Positions 21,762-33,879 of a stretch of 64,000 nt of DNA are shown here, one piece after another; position 1 is the stretch's first letter; every line of letters begins with the position of its first letter. The DNA lies in assembly GCA_000091205.1 (NCBI GenBank), contig AP006498.2; one strand, 5' to 3'. The stretch comes from Cyanidioschyzon merolae. Lineage: Eukaryota. The position numbers and the translations under genes were made by a program. The notes below the pieces were generated by a model. That model ran no database searches. It saw only the letters and a list, made by a program, of their open reading frames with translations, and was not told where the DNA came from.

Positions 21762-21910
21762 CATGCGATCGACATGGACAAGGCGTCCGTGGCACTCCAT
21801 TGGTGCAGGTATGTCTGTAAATGTACACAACTAGCGATACGCATCATGCGAGCGACACGGACAGGGCGCCCGTGGCAGCACATTGGTGTATAAATGTCTA
21901 ATAAGGTACA
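21762..21910. repeat. imperfect tandem duplication of about 70 bp, upstream of the methyltransferase gene
   Basis: catgcgatcgacatggacaaggcgtccgtggcactccattggtgcaggtatgtctgtaaatgtacac is followed by catgcgagcgacacggacagggcgcccgtggcagcacattggtgtataaatgtctaataaggtacac. Confidence 0.8.
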
Positions 21911-22016
21911 CGGCAAGGTCGCCGCGTGTCGCTGCGTCGCCATTCCGCGAAATAAGCTACTGTGTGCAGCGCTCGACGCTGGAGTGGGGCGTTATCGTTC
22001 GTTAGGCTCGTGAGTC

Positions 22017-22370
22017 ATGGTGCGTGCGACCAAGCAGGCTTTACTAAAGGAAGACGTTACAAGAGAGTACACGATCCACCTTCATAAATACATCCACAGC
22101 GTCGTATTCAAAAAGAGAGCACCGCGAGCGATCGCAGCAATAAAGGCGTTCGCACGACGGACCATGGGTACCGAAGACGTGCGAATCGACGCCAAAGTCA
22201 ATAAGGAAGTGTGGAAAAATGGCATTCGGGGCGTTCCAAACCGTGTGCGTGTCCGGCTCTCGAGGAGAAGAGCGGATACGGATGCGTCCAAACCGAAGCT
22301 TTACACGTACGTGACACTCGTGCCGGTAACCAGCTTTCGAGGCTTGCAGACCGTGAACGTAGATGAGTAA
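22017..22370 (+). CDS. RPL31: 60S ribosomal protein eL31 (L31e)
   Basis: The full-length 117-aa protein [85 protein letters not shown]... is an unmistakable eL31. ATG confirmed at 22017; single exon. Confidence 0.95.
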   Translation: MVRATKQALLKEDVTREYTIHLHKYIHSVVFKKRAPRAIAAIKAFARRTMGTEDVRIDAKVNKEVWKNGIRGVPNRVRVRLSRRRADTDASKPKLYTYVTLVPVTSFRGLQTVNVDE

Positions 22371-24384
22371 CCTATTGAAGCCAAGCTGTTCTTTCCACTC
22401 TCAACAGGGCTAAGCCTCGTTCGCAGTCTGTCTTATGGAAGAGTCGGAAGAGTGCCCATGGGATTCAACAAGGATGCGCGCACATATTGCGAGGCGCACT
22501 TCAGAGGGACGCGCTGCATGGTCGCGGCCTACGCGAGTCAGTGCGGGCAGTCTCAGTTCGGCTTTTCTACGGCATTTTCTTACGACAACGCTCGGCTCAA
22601 AGTATTTGTGATTGAGAGCTGAGGCAGCCGCGGGATACCATGTGTATCGAGAAGTACTGTGGGCCTTGTGGAATAGTAGCATTCTGCACATGGGAGCTGC
22701 AGTTGTTTCCGCTTTCAGCCTAATGCCCTGCTATTTCACATCGACAAAGATGTAAGCCTCCTTGATTTCTGAGGAAATTTCCCTATCTCGGTGCTTTTTA
22801 CAGAGCTTCGAGCTTACCGTGTCTATCGCGTTCGAGGCGCAGGGCAAGGCGCTCAGCGGATGGACGACTCTTTGTACGTGTCATTTCGTGATAAAGCAGG
22901 GAATACACATCGAATGTTCTGGCCAGCGCTGTCCACGGGCATGGCGTCCAAATAAAGCTGAGGATATGGAATCCATAGCGTGCATACGCCTTCTTGGTTC
23001 CAGAGCGTGCTTCCCGGTAGCGTGTCGACGTGTGCGGACTGTTGTGGGTGCGGAAGTAATCCTATGCAAACCGCGTTCCGTCTACGTGCCAGGGCAATGT
23101 GTGTTTCCGGTGCGGCATAATATATTGCTCAGAGTGGCGTGTGTCCATGAGAACCCCAAAAACTTGGTAAGCAGCATGGGCAAACTTCTCTCTGAAAGTG
23201 GCTTGAAAAAGTATCGTCTGCTGTACCTGGAACAAGTCGACTTGTAGCTGCCGGCTAAATGCTCCAGTCTCTGATTGCACATGAAACACGCTGCGTGGAA
23301 ACGCTACTTGTCATGACGTGGGACGCATGCTGCTATGAAAGTTGACGCCAAGTGGTATGCCGTTCGTTTCCGTTCCGCTTTGCCTGTACCGCCTCGAGGC
23401 ACATACCAGCATATATGTATAGCCCTTGGAGCTTCGTTGCGCATCGAGCTCTTGATAATTGGATGTCTTCATAGCCTTGGAAATTCTCGGCAAGCACGTT
23501 ATGCGGCTCTGAAATCTTGCACGACGAGCGAATGGATTCCCATACATCACTGGTTCAAGCCTCGAGCGAAAATTTGCCCCAGAATTGATGACGAACACAG
23601 ATGTAATCATGCACAGGCGATCTAAGTGTCGCCTTGACAGTCATCCATGGAGCGGACTTGCATGAACAGCGCATACAGTAAACTAGAAACTCGTTGATCC
23701 TCGAGAGCTGTATGTAGCGAGCTTGGGCTGGAAACCGAACAACGACTTGGTGTTCTATGCAGTTAGATTTTATTTCGTTTGATCAAATTCCCTTCAAGTG
23801 CGCGTTGTGGTATCCCCGAGAAGCGGTGGCTGAACGTTGACTTTCGCCCGGCCTGTCACACCGCTGCGTGATACAGTCCTGTAGCGCATTGGCCTGTCAA
23901 ACCATGGACTTTTTGCGCTGCAGTGGAAACAGCGGTATTCGTGGCACGATCCTTGTTTGCAGCGCTGCAATGCCCGATAACTTGCGCGATGGCGCATCCG
24001 CTACCGCCATCCAGCCTAATGTATGAGGCGTGTCGTCACCCGTCTAAAGACACTGCATTAACAAACCAGTATGCCTCATGCGCTCCACTCTATAGTGTCA
24101 AATGTGTGGCGATCTTGTGGAGCCTTAGTCTCGCCAACGATCCTGGTGACGCACGGAGGTCCCGTATTCTACGATCCAGTGCAGCTTTCTTGGAAGCTGC
24201 CAAAAGCACCCATCATAACTAAATCTCTCAAGTTGTCGAAGGTTGCATACTGGAGGGTTTCTGGGTCATCTGTCCAATCCAGATAAGAATACCTCACCAC
24301 GAACAGCCCAGCAGAAGGTCACAAAGCGGAAAGTAAGCACAGTTATTCGGACCGCTCTTTATCGCGCTCTTTCAAGTGCCCCGA

Positions 24385-27300
24385 TCACGCCTGCGGGCCC
24401 TGATCTGTGCGCGTGTCGCCGCACATGCAGTGCTCAAGCTCACGCTCAAGAAGGGAATCACAGGCATCCTCTGCATCTGGCGATAGGGCTTCTGCTTGCC
24501 GGTGATTGGGAAAGCCAAGTGACGCCCCCGAGAGGTCTCGCTCCCCAACATTGTTGCAGGGAGCTTCTCCGTCATCACAGGAGTCCGGGATGTGCCCCGT
24601 CCTCCAAGGGACGTGCTCCTGTGCAAACTCTCGCCCCTCCTCTGCCTCGGAGGCAGGGGAAACAGCGTGCAAGCCGTGCTGCAAGCGCTCGGCACGAAGA
24701 CTAGCCATCTGCGCGCGGTATGCCTCCAAGTTCACAAGCTTAGAGATGCTGGATCCATCCTGTCCCGATGCGCGTTGTGCAACAGAATCCCCAGCGAATG
24801 TTGCAGAAGCGCTTTCACCGTCATCAAGTAGATGCTCCAGTTCATTGGCGCGGCGCATATCCTCCGCAGAACAGACTAACCAAGTGGGTTTCACAATGAA
24901 CACGCTATTCATTGCTCTAGCAGTCTGGGTTTTCAGTGTATCGCGGCCTCGTTGCGGATCAGCAATAAGATGGGAAACCTGCGGAAGTACCTCCCGATGG
25001 CATACGGCGCCGAAACGAACCGCTAAGCGCCACAGCTCGTGATCCTCAGGAGCCATCCCAGCATGCTTGGCAAACACACCCGTAAAGCACAGCTCGCAGC
25101 CAGTCAAAACAGAGCGCCGCAGCTCAGCGAGGATATCTTTGATGCTCGCCGGCGGTCGCCAGAGTGGAAGCGAAGCGCTCACGGTATACGCCTTCCCGCG
25201 CTTCACAGGATCCAAACCTCCTGACGGAGGAGGCACTGGTGGTGTCGAGCGCGACTCCGGCGTCGCCTCTGGATGGCAGCGAGGACGAAGTACTCTGCGC
25301 GGGCGACGTGTTGCTCCATCATGTTCCGGGTTAGACCCAGGGGAAGGTTTTTGCGTGGTGCTGCTCTCCGCCAGGGTACCACTGGTGATACGGTTTTGTT
25401 CATCGCCTTCAGCGAGCGCCAGCGCTGCCGTGCGACGCAGCAGGTTCTGACGGAGTTGCGTTGCAGGCGACGGAGAGCGCCTCTGCTCCCTCGCTCGCTC
25501 GGGAAAGCGGTTCCGCGTTTTCTTCGTCGGCGCGACACTTTGGCGCTCACTCGAGTCAGCTATTGTGGGCTTGTCGTATCGCCCAATTTCTCCTTCACAG
25601 TTCGGATCAATCGTGAAAGACGTTCGTTCTGAGACGCTATCTTTCAATGCAATTCCGCCCGTGTTCATCTCTCTGGAAGCCGAAAGATTCCGTTTTCTTC
25701 CGGTTCGCGTGTAACCCACTGCACTACCCAGCGTTGCCCACGCAGTCGAACCCGAGTCAGCACTCTGCTTGCCGCTCTCCCCGTTGCTACGTTTCAGGCT
25801 TTGCTCCAAGAGTCGTCGAGAGCGGCGAATGATTTTGCCATCCGCACAAGACTCCCCTCCGAGGGCTTGTGATATCAGCAAAAAAGTGGAACCAGACTCC
25901 ACCTGTGCAGGCGTATTCCTATCGACCATGCTGTCCCAGGACCGCTGTGTTATGGGCGTCGGCGTATCGCCAAGCCCGTCAGTTCGGCTCTGTTCAGAGA
26001 GATCGCCCTTTGTGGAGAAACTGAGGCCTGGGTCGCGCTCTTCCTCGGCGACGTCCGCAGCCGCAGTGAAATCATGCACAGTCGGCGCTGGAGACGGTGA
26101 CGCTATCGCCGCACTCTCGTCGTCATCGTCGTCGTCGTCAACATTTTCGTCTTCCGCACCATCAGAGTCTGCGACATGAAGGCTTCGAGCTTCGACAACC
26201 ACGGAACTAGCTTGGTTGCCATCTGCAAACTCGCCACCGCCGTCAGTTCCCAGAATGCTGCTGGGATAATCCTTCGCACCGCCAGTTCCTAAATCGTACG
26301 TAAATGCAAGGTTGGCATCTTCTGCGTGTAGAATCCGTGCTGCGCCCGTCGCTTCTTGAACCTCAAACGTAGCCGGCAACATGCGCATTCCGGTTTCAGC
26401 GGAGAGCGGCGAGTCGGTACCCGACTTGGTCCGTTTCTCGTGGCGGTCCCAAACCATCATCTGCATCGCCCCGGCGGATGTCCCACGATAGACTGCGCAG
26501 CCCCCTTCGTCCGGCATTTTGGAAGGGCCCTTCGTCAGGAACAACTCTGTCGAAGTGCCCTTTGGACTCTGGTTATCGCAATAAGATGGAAACGTATGCA
26601 TGTTTGGTTCCGAGTCGCCATCGTAAGCATTCGAGGCTTTCGCATTGACGGCGGCGCCTGTGCGCTGCAGTAGTTCGCCTCCTCGTGCTTTGTAGCCATG
26701 GATATCAGCCACGGTCGAATAGGAGCCCGGGAGAAATGATCCCTCTGCTTTGGAGGAAGCAATGAGGGGTGATCCTGATAAGGCATTAACCGCCGGATCG
26801 GAGGACGAGCGTTCTTGTGTTGGCTCATGCTGCGGTGCGTTTGCCTGCAAGACAGCCTCGCTTACATTTCCGTCGAGGGTGCGTCGCTCAAGTGGACATT
26901 GATCCGGATAACGTGCAGTTACGGAGTCTGAATGTCGCCTGAGTCGCTGTATCCGTGATCCCTTCTCGAAGACGTCTCGCTCATGTGCTACCTCGGCTAG
27001 CCTCTGCCGAGGATACTCGATCGAAAGCGATTGCAGTTGATCAGACTTGGACACTGAAGTGCTCGGGTCCAACTCACTCGCTGCAATCGGATGCTGCTCG
27101 ATCCCAGATGCTACATATTGGTCGTAGAGGGTGAAAAATCGCTGGTGGCATTCGGCTAGAATTTCCGCAAGCCGTCGGAGATGGCTGTGATCCTGATGAT
27201 CAGCAGCAATCCACTGCTGCAGAAACCATAGGGCGCTCTTCACTGCAGAGCTCGGGCTGTTTTGCGAATTTTCAGACAAGAGTACACCCTCACGAGATGG

Positions 27301-29307
27301 GGCAGGATCCCCATCAACGATCAGGCTCAAGTCCGAATGATCATGAGTATTCGTAAGAATGTCAGTGGTTGCTGTGTGCTGTTCTCGTTGAAAGGTCTCT
27401 TCGAGTCCGCGGAAGAAATAGTATGGCCTTGCTCTAATGAGATTCGGAAAATGGCGTCCGTGCAAAGACTGATCCTGAGCGACCCAAACATCCTCGCGGT
27501 CATCAACAACTAGAACCATTGAATCGTCACAGGGAAACACGTGTTTCAGATTCTTCTGGTTCAGCCGACCATCTTCAAAGTCATCTCTTGAGGTTATCCG
27601 GCCCTGGAACAACCGCTCATCCGAATCGATTATAGAAGCAACAGTGTCCGCATATGGTCGCGAGCCCATCGTGTAAATGTGAAGCTCAAAACGATCCGCG
27701 ATCGTTCTGAGAAATTCATGCAGACCGGGACGTAGTTTGATGTAATAAAGAGACGTATTCGCATCTGCTGTCTGACCAATTCCTTTTGAGCTGTTCGTTT
27801 GCTGCAGGGAGGCCGGGTCAGTCCGCCACCATCTCCAGAATGGAACCAGTTTCGCGTCAGTGGTGTTGTCCAATGGTGCACAACCCCTTGACGCTGAGGT
27901 GTCTTTGCCGATTGCAAAGGCGAAGATCCCAAGTCGCTGGAACAGGTTTTGCAGAAGCCTATCTACGGTTGCAGCAGATTGCTCCGTAGCGTTCAAGTCT
28001 GCCCGATCCGCGGAGACCTTGGATACGACCCGGTTGGGGCTGTCCATCCTAGTCAGCTCCCGGAGGAGACGTTCCGCAATGGGAGCGCTCGGGTCTTGAA
28101 GTATTCGCTCCCATTCGCTTAGCGCCCCCGTGAGCTGTAACGAGGCGTGAAGCGTGCTCGACAGAACGCACAGAATTTCTCGAGCCCTCGGGTCATTCGT
28201 TGCGTGGACTAGTGTGTGATCTAGATCAAGCACAAGCGGCAATTTGCGCTGACGCAACAAGCGTCTTGCATTCTCCTCTGATAGTTCTTCGGCCTTACGA
28301 AGCGAAACGCTGAGCTGATGGTTTTGGTAGGCAACCGGTATGTGGAATTTTCGACTGGATCGAAGGATATCGCTACCTGAATCCTCCATCCAGGCGACAC
28401 GTCTAAACGAAGAACCATGCCCCATGCTGGGACCATACGAAAAAGTGGTACTTTCTTGTGATTGAGGCCGCGCTACCGTGGGTACCGCGCGAGCCTCGCT
28501 TGACACGTCCCTTTGGCAGTTGACGCAAATACCGCGGTAAACAGTCGAATGTGTGCAATACTGCACAGTGCCGATAACCTGGCCAGGTTCGACACGTGCA
28601 GGTGAGAACGCGCACGCACGTATGACCTCAGACAGCTGTTCCTTGTCGCTTTCGGACTCCATAATCGAGGCTAATTTCTGTGCAAGATCAGTTGGTAACT
28701 GTGCCGCCAAATGTTTCAGAGTACCGTTCACTCTGGAAGGCAGGTGAGCTCGGCCTACGCGAAACATTGGCTCCTGTCCACTGCCTTTTCTGGTGACTAG
28801 ACCTGATTGGCCGTTCGTGGTCGAAACAGGACCTTGCCCGCTGTGCTCTGTCTCAAAAAGTACGACTTTAACGCTTTCATCAGTGCGCGAAGGTTGCTCT
28901 ACGCTGAAGCGCACCAGTTCTGCTACAGAACTCCCAGCTGCCACATCCCCACCATCTTCGGCGTACCAGTGCATAATAACATAGAAGGGAAAAGCTACAA
29001 CCTCCGTATTCAGGGAGCGCGTCTCTTTCCTTCCAGCCTTCTCGGAAGCCCAACTCGAGTCGTTCTGAGCCTCGACACTCGCATTAGCCGCGGTGCTGTC
29101 CTCTAAGGGAGTCGTTGAGGAACTCAGCGGTGTCGTGGAGCCTCTCCACGCGGTAGCCTCCGCCGCAGTAGAAACGCTGGAGCTCGTCGAGCACGTGAGC
29201 GCGGCGTCCGCGCACTCGCTGGGGCCTCGAGTCGGACCCTCCAGTACTGGAGGCCAGCAGCTCGGTGCTCGAAGCTCCCACGTTTCCCAGTCCCCTTCCA
29301 TGGCCAT
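24385..29307 (-). CDS. FCP1: FCP1-like RNA polymerase II CTD phosphatase (FCP1 homology domain plus BRCT) with long low-complexity insertions
   Basis: LPLVLDLDHTLVHATNDP carries the DxDxT phosphatase motif. HIYTMGSRPYADTVASIIDSDERLFQGRITSRDDF...VVDDREDVW is the FCP1/HAD core. VRFGAVCHREVLPQVSHLIADPQRGRDTLKTQTARAMNSVFIVKPTWLVCSAEDMRR is BRCT-like. The ORF-track start at 29322 is TTG; the first ATG is 29307 (MAMEGD). A run of Asp (DDDDDDD) is encoded by the GTC/GAC repeat near 26110. Confidence 0.8.
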   Translation of the reverse strand: MAMEGDWETWELRAPSCWPPVLEGPTRGPSECADAALTCSTSSSVSTAAEATAWRGSTTPLSSSTTPLEDSTAANASVEAQNDSSWASEKAGRKETRSLNTEVVAFPFYVIMHWYAEDGGDVAAGSSVAELVRFSVEQPSRTDESVKVVLFETEHSGQGPVSTTNGQSGLVTRKGSGQEPMFRVGRAHLPSRVNGTLKHLAAQLPTDLAQKLASIMESESDKEQLSEVIRACAFSPARVEPGQVIGTVQYCTHSTVYRGICVNCQRDVSSEARAVPTVARPQSQESTTFSYGPSMGHGSSFRRVAWMEDSGSDILRSSRKFHIPVAYQNHQLSVSLRKAEELSEENARRLLRQRKLPLVLDLDHTLVHATNDPRAREILCVLSSTLHASLQLTGALSEWERILQDPSAPIAERLLRELTRMDSPNRVVSKVSADRADLNATEQSAATVDRLLQNLFQRLGIFAFAIGKDTSASRGCAPLDNTTDAKLVPFWRWWRTDPASLQQTNSSKGIGQTADANTSLYYIKLRPGLHEFLRTIADRFELHIYTMGSRPYADTVASIIDSDERLFQGRITSRDDFEDGRLNQKNLKHVFPCDDSMVLVVDDREDVWVAQDQSLHGRHFPNLIRARPYYFFRGLEETFQREQHTATTDILTNTHDHSDLSLIVDGDPAPSREGVLLSENSQNSPSSAVKSALWFLQQWIAADHQDHSHLRRLAEILAECHQRFFTLYDQYVASGIEQHPIAASELDPSTSVSKSDQLQSLSIEYPRQRLAEVAHERDVFEKGSRIQRLRRHSDSVTARYPDQCPLERRTLDGNVSEAVLQANAPQHEPTQERSSSDPAVNALSGSPLIASSKAEGSFLPGSYSTVADIHGYKARGGELLQRTGAAVNAKASNAYDGDSEPNMHTFPSYCDNQSPKGTSTELFLTKGPSKMPDEGGCAVYRGTSAGAMQMMVWDRHEKRTKSGTDSPLSAETGMRMLPATFEVQEATGAARILHAEDANLAFTYDLGTGGAKDYPSSILGTDGGGEFADGNQASSVVVEARSLHVADSDGAEDENVDDDDDDDESAAIASPSPAPTVHDFTAAADVAEEERDPGLSFSTKGDLSEQSRTDGLGDTPTPITQRSWDSMVDRNTPAQVESGSTFLLISQALGGESCADGKIIRRSRRLLEQSLKRSNGESGKQSADSGSTAWATLGSAVGYTRTGRKRNLSASREMNTGGIALKDSVSERTSFTIDPNCEGEIGRYDKPTIADSSERQSVAPTKKTRNRFPERAREQRRSPSPATQLRQNLLRRTAALALAEGDEQNRITSGTLAESSTTQKPSPGSNPEHDGATRRPRRVLRPRCHPEATPESRSTPPVPPPSGGLDPVKRGKAYTVSASLPLWRPPASIKDILAELRRSVLTGCELCFTGVFAKHAGMAPEDHELWRLAVRFGAVCHREVLPQVSHLIADPQRGRDTLKTQTARAMNSVFIVKPTWLVCSAEDMRRANELEHLLDDGESASATFAGDSVAQRASGQDGSSISKLVNLEAYRAQMASLRAERLQHGLHAVSPASEAEEGREFAQEHVPWRTGHIPDSCDDGEAPCNNVGERDLSGASLGFPNHRQAEALSPDAEDACDSLLERELEHCMCGDTRTDQGPQA

Positions 29308-29949
29308 ATTGGGCCTGCTCAAGGCGTCTCAGAGCCAAGACGGCTGAGGCTGCTCCGCAGCGTGCGAGGAAAGCGTTCGTTGCAGTTGCACAGCCTTCAT
29401 GCGGCGACCGTCCAGCGACCGCCACCTCGAGATCTTCATCCGCGCGCAGTGCGTCCGACGCGAGCCTGGAGCAGCCGGACCTGTGGCGAAGTCCGACGAC
29501 GCTTGGCATAGCTGCACTTCCTGTCGTTCAACGCAATGCTGTTCCGTACCCGCTGCGTATCATTGAATGCTTATTCGATGTTTATAGCAAGAGATCGAGA
29601 TCGTTATGCAATGCACCCTACATACCGCAGACGGGTTGCCTGTATGGTACACTCTGTACTGAGGAGTGTACCGGGAACTGCATGCCTCCTTCAGGTCAGT
29701 CATACCGCATTACTTTGATGGCAGAGGAACGCTGAAAGAAATAACTAGATCTGCTCCGCGCCGAAAACTGGTATTGCCAAAGTATGTTTGCGGTCAATGG
29801 TACAAAAACAACCCGTTGATCTCTTGAGGGAAAGCAAAAGCTGTGATAGGAGCTGCTAGGACTGTCTCTGTTACTCAGTAGCTTGTTCGCTTGATCCTGA
29901 AAACACTGGGACACAGTCGCAAGAAAAGGCAATCTAATTCAGCACCATC

Positions 29950-30545
29950 TTGCACGGAAATCGCAACGAAAGCGTTCCTAGAACGTTGCGATCGGTATGA
30001 AGCTGAGCAACGCCCGTGTATTTCAGTCGATGTGGCTTGCTTCGGATGAAACGGTCGGAGCGTACATAAGTATTTGCTGGGCGGGAGCCCGGCGTATGTA
30101 CGATCCAACACGAAGAGAATGACGACATTATCATCTGTTCTAGGTACAGTGTATGCATATGGCGGCCTCAGTTTCGCTTATAAAGAAGGCTCATACATCA
30201 GGACCCTTTTCGTCGAATTATTCAAGATTTTCCTCCTCACGTCTGGCGGCGTCATTTTGTTGGACAACGTGGCGTTTCACCATTCCCCTTGCGTTCGAGC
30301 TTTTGCAGATGCGGTTGGGGTAGAACTGCTTTTCACTCCTTCGTACGCTCCTTGGTTAATCCCAGTCCAGGAGTGTTTTCTATCATGAAACGTAATGAGC
30401 GCTCCACTGGGCGTACTGATGAAGCGTTCAGCACACGGTGACACCAGGGCACATTTCGTCTTTCCTCCGCAAGTCCCTGTCTCTCCGGGAGGGTTTTCCC
30501 CTAAGGGCATAAAAAGGTGCGTTTATTTGAAGGAATAAAAAAATC
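29950..30545 (+). mobile_element. Tc1/mariner (IS630-superfamily) transposase relic B, 5'-truncated
   Basis: ORF 30074..30388 encodes ...GGVILLDNVAFHHSPCVRAFADAVGVELLFTPSYAPWLIPVQECF, which carries the second D and the E of the DD(34)E motif (DN..H ... Y.P.LNP.E). It is homologous to relics at 34550..35350 and 45840..46790, and the 3' tail is homologous to the low end of relic C. Confidence 0.7.
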
Positions 30546-30989
30546 CGAGGGAAAATTAAGGACATGAAAGTCGGGGATCCTGGCGAGCCGTCATCGCCAG
30601 CTGCCGGAAAACAACGAAAAACTCCTCCGCCCGCCCACCATCGAGCGAAGAAGGACAAGTGACAAAGAAGAAAACAGAAGTTTAGCTAGAAATGGTGTTT
30701 CCTCCAACAGAACAATGAATAGGCTGTTGTAGCATATACAGCATGAGTTCTGGGAGTCCTTCCAAAGGTGAATTCTATCAGAGGCAATAAACGCATGGAG
30801 TACGTGAAGCGAGACTTTACGCTGCTACCAACATCATACGCTATGTGGTGCTGTATACGAGACTACAGGAGCTTAGGCGATATGAGTTTGTAAGGCAGCC
30901 TCTCAGGGACTTGGTGCAAAGAGAAAAACTGAAGCCAATGGCAGGAGGGCGGCCAAAAAGGCTGCGAGGCGTCTTCGGGTGGGTGTCAA

Positions 30990-31650
30990 TTTGCCAAGGA
31001 TAGCAAGAACAGAAACTAAACACTTACTAGCTGCCCGATAACGATTTCTTCCCGCCTCTACAGTAAGCGTTGAAAGGGAGGGAAGGGTTCCGTATATTCG
31101 AAAGTTTACCTTCTAGGCGGAAGATCCCCCGACCCGGACGAGTCTGCCGGGCTTACGCTCCGTTTGAATCTGCAGTGACGAAAGCTGTGATGAAGTTTGA
31201 GCAGCTCGTCCGAAATGCAAGTTATCCTGGGACTCGGAGCTGATATGCTGCCTCTGGATGTCGCCCTGGTCGCAGTGGACTCCTAGTATATCGCTTCGCG
31301 TTGCCGCAGGCAGTATGTCTGTCTGTACAGTTTCCAGGCTCCCAGAATGATAATGAATCCCAACCTGTGTCGGATGAACCACGCCTCGGTCCGACGCCTC
31401 AGCAGTATGGCAAAGCCGCTCTATCTCCGTTCTGCATCGGCATCAGCGGTATGGGCGCTTTCGCTGGAGCCCAGAGCAGGTACTCGGCACGCGACAGAAT
31501 GTATGAAGCGACCAGTGTGTCCAAGAAGAAGTATCGGTTATGGAACTTGGAGTTAAGGTGCCGCGTGATGGACGCTTTCCCGAAAGCCAAGACCCATCCG
31601 GCAATCTGGAATCCATAGTCTATGTAAATATTCTGTCAAAGAAAAAAGAT
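30990..31650 (+). repeat. R2 dispersed repeat copy 1 (about 650 bp, no recognisable coding capacity)
   Basis: Homologous to 33880..34575 in the same orientation, for example gcgttgaaagggagggaagggttccgtatattcgaaagttt versus gcgttgaaagggaaaagtgtttcccttattttagaaagttt. Both ends match: ...gatggacgctttcc... and aaagaacagaaacta. Confidence 0.7.
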
Positions 31651-31811
31651 CGACGCGATCGCTGCCTCTGTTGGATGCTGCCGCCCTCGATGTTTCCCAT
31701 CGATTCCAAACCTACTAAACACCCGCGACGACTCGCCCGTCGTGCAGTTCTGTGCAGCTCTGCAACCGCTTGGCCGCATTGCACGAAATAGTCTCGGGTT
31801 GCACTCGTGCC

Positions 31812-32273
31812 ATGTACGGGCGTGACGCAGATGTTAAAGTTCCTAGGAACTTTCGTTTACTCGAAGAGCTCGAGAAAGGGGAACACGGGCTTGGAGACGT
31901 GTGCGTCAGCTATGGCCTTGTGGATGACGACATGACGCTCTCGAACTGGACTGGCACGATCTTGGGCCCACTCAACACGGTGTTTGAGAATCGAATCTAC
32001 AACCTTCGGATTTACTGCGGGCCAGACTATCCGACAAAACCGCCTGTTGTTTTCTTTCGCACTCGTATTAATATAAGCTGTGTGAACGGCGCAACAGGCC
32101 AGGTCGATCCGACGCGTTGTGGCATTCTGCACAACTGGACGCCGGACTGCACGCTGGAGACACTGCTCGTTGAGCTGCGACGTGAAATGACTAGCGCAAC
32201 CAACCGTAGACTGAACCAACCTCCAGAGGGGTCAGAGTTCCCGCCACCGCGCGACATAGAGCGGTTTGGTTAG
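31812..32273 (+). CDS. MMS2: ubiquitin-conjugating enzyme E2 variant (UEV1/MMS2 family, partner of UBC13)
   Basis: [93 protein letters not shown]...LPQPPEG aligns residue for residue with human UEV1A/MMS2. ATG at 31812 (the ORF track begins at 31752). Confidence 0.9.
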   Translation: MYGRDADVKVPRNFRLLEELEKGEHGLGDVCVSYGLVDDDMTLSNWTGTILGPLNTVFENRIYNLRIYCGPDYPTKPPVVFFRTRINISCVNGATGQVDPTRCGILHNWTPDCTLETLLVELRREMTSATNRRLNQPPEGSEFPPPRDIERFG

Positions 32274-33024
32274 TGCGTTACATGGGTTTGCTCTCACAGC
32301 GGTTTACCGAAAGTTCCCCAACAGAGGCGTGCACCATGATTTTTCGCGTGAAATGGTGCTAAGGATCTGATATCTTTCTCAGCGTCCGCAGGTTAGCTAG
32401 GGGATGAGCCTGCTAATGATTAACGTGTACCTTTCGCGGTACCAACACAAGCGTTCACCCTTTTCATCGACGCGAACGTGTTCGAAAACGTGGTCGTCGA
32501 CAGATGGCGTTCACCCGAGTTGGATGTTCAAACGTCGCAGGCGTCCGTTGGACTGGGAAAATTCGTTCACAGAGACGCTTGCAATTGCGCCCAAGAGTTG
32601 TTCGAAGGGGCAGCGAAAGCGTCAGACAGCTTCCTTCCATGGGAGGCTGTTGCTTGGCACGCATGCAGAAGTTGCTCGTTTTCCGTTGGCGCGGTCGACG
32701 CTCACCAGAACCTATCGCCGCGGAATTACGAGAAAATAGTCAATCTGGAACATTGTGGGATCGCATAAGTTTCCTGCTGCCTGACGGTTAGAAGAAAACC
32801 TTGCACTCTCTACTTCTCACTTCGGCACTACTACGCTTTACTCGATTTTCTCTCTGTCTTCGTCTGAAAAGCCGAGCAGAGCCGGACTCGCTGCTCACTG
32901 TAAAGAAGGACCGAGAATGCAATGTTTCTCGGAAACCAGCGGGCAGGCTCCATTCGGAGCTCTATTTCAAGCCACGATGACAAGGAAATGCTCGCGAGTA
33001 TCGGGCATACCGCAAAAGATGCCC

Positions 33025-33681
33025 CTAGTACAACCGATGTGGTTTGCCCATGGAGGTCTTCACGTGAATAGACTTGATGTTCTGCCACTGCTTCTTAAGA
33101 AGAGAGATTAAAAAGTTGATTGCCAGTGTAATGTTGGCGACAAGTTCATCCTCTGTCATTTGGACGTTACCCACAGCCACCGCGAGGCAGAGAACTTTCT
33201 TCAGCTGGAACTTGATCGTGGCTTTCACCTCATTAACCTTCGCCTCTACAGTTTCATTTGAGGCGATGAGAGTCGGAAACTTGCCTGCCTTGTTCAATCC
33301 AGGCCCCAGAACCCTTGGAATCTGACGTATTACAGACTCACTCGCCAGAAAGGCGTCATAGGACTTGGCAAACTTTTTGATCGGTTTCTTCTGTTTGTTG
33401 AACTGCTTGAGCTTCTCGAGGTCGTAAAAGTCTATGCCAAGGGCTGCTGCCTGTGCATTATGCGCAGCATCTCCCAAAACTGCCACTTTCATTTTCGGTC
33501 GGGGAATGTACGGCAGCTTGACGGAGCCAGAGAAACGCTTGTCTTTCTGTGGATCATAGTTTTTCAGACCAACCTGAAGCTCAACCGTTTCGACAAAGTT
33601 TCTCTTGCGCTCCTCCCTTGACTCGCGCAACATTTCCTGCACCGCAGCGCGAGTTACGGACACAGGTAGTTTGCTCGTCAT
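33025..33681 (-). CDS. RPL10A: 60S ribosomal protein uL1 (L10a)
   Basis: [137 protein letters not shown]... is a full-length L10a of 218 aa. ATG at 33681; the ORF track extends upstream to 33783. Confidence 0.95.
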   Translation of the reverse strand: MTSKLPVSVTRAAVQEMLRESREERKRNFVETVELQVGLKNYDPQKDKRFSGSVKLPYIPRPKMKVAVLGDAAHNAQAAALGIDFYDLEKLKQFNKQKKPIKKFAKSYDAFLASESVIRQIPRVLGPGLNKAGKFPTLIASNETVEAKVNEVKATIKFQLKKVLCLAVAVGNVQMTEDELVANITLAINFLISLLKKQWQNIKSIHVKTSMGKPHRLY

Positions 33682-33879
33682 GGTATACCGTCTAGTTTCT
33701 ATTCCACAGAAACTACAGAAAAGACTAGAGCGTGTCTCGACAGCAATGACGGCGCATCCGCGACGCCGGATACGAATGGACAAGGCTAGCTAAATCTGAT
33801 CAATACGAATAAAAGAGACAGCGATCGCGCCTCTAGCACGCAGGCAGTGACCTACGACCACATACACCACGCGAAACAA

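Noticed and set aside
22762-23289. ORFs 22762..23247 (+) and 23062..23289 (-) downstream of RPL31
   Set aside because: No recognisable domains. The plus ORF starts with TTG, and they overlap each other, so this is insufficient evidence for a gene.
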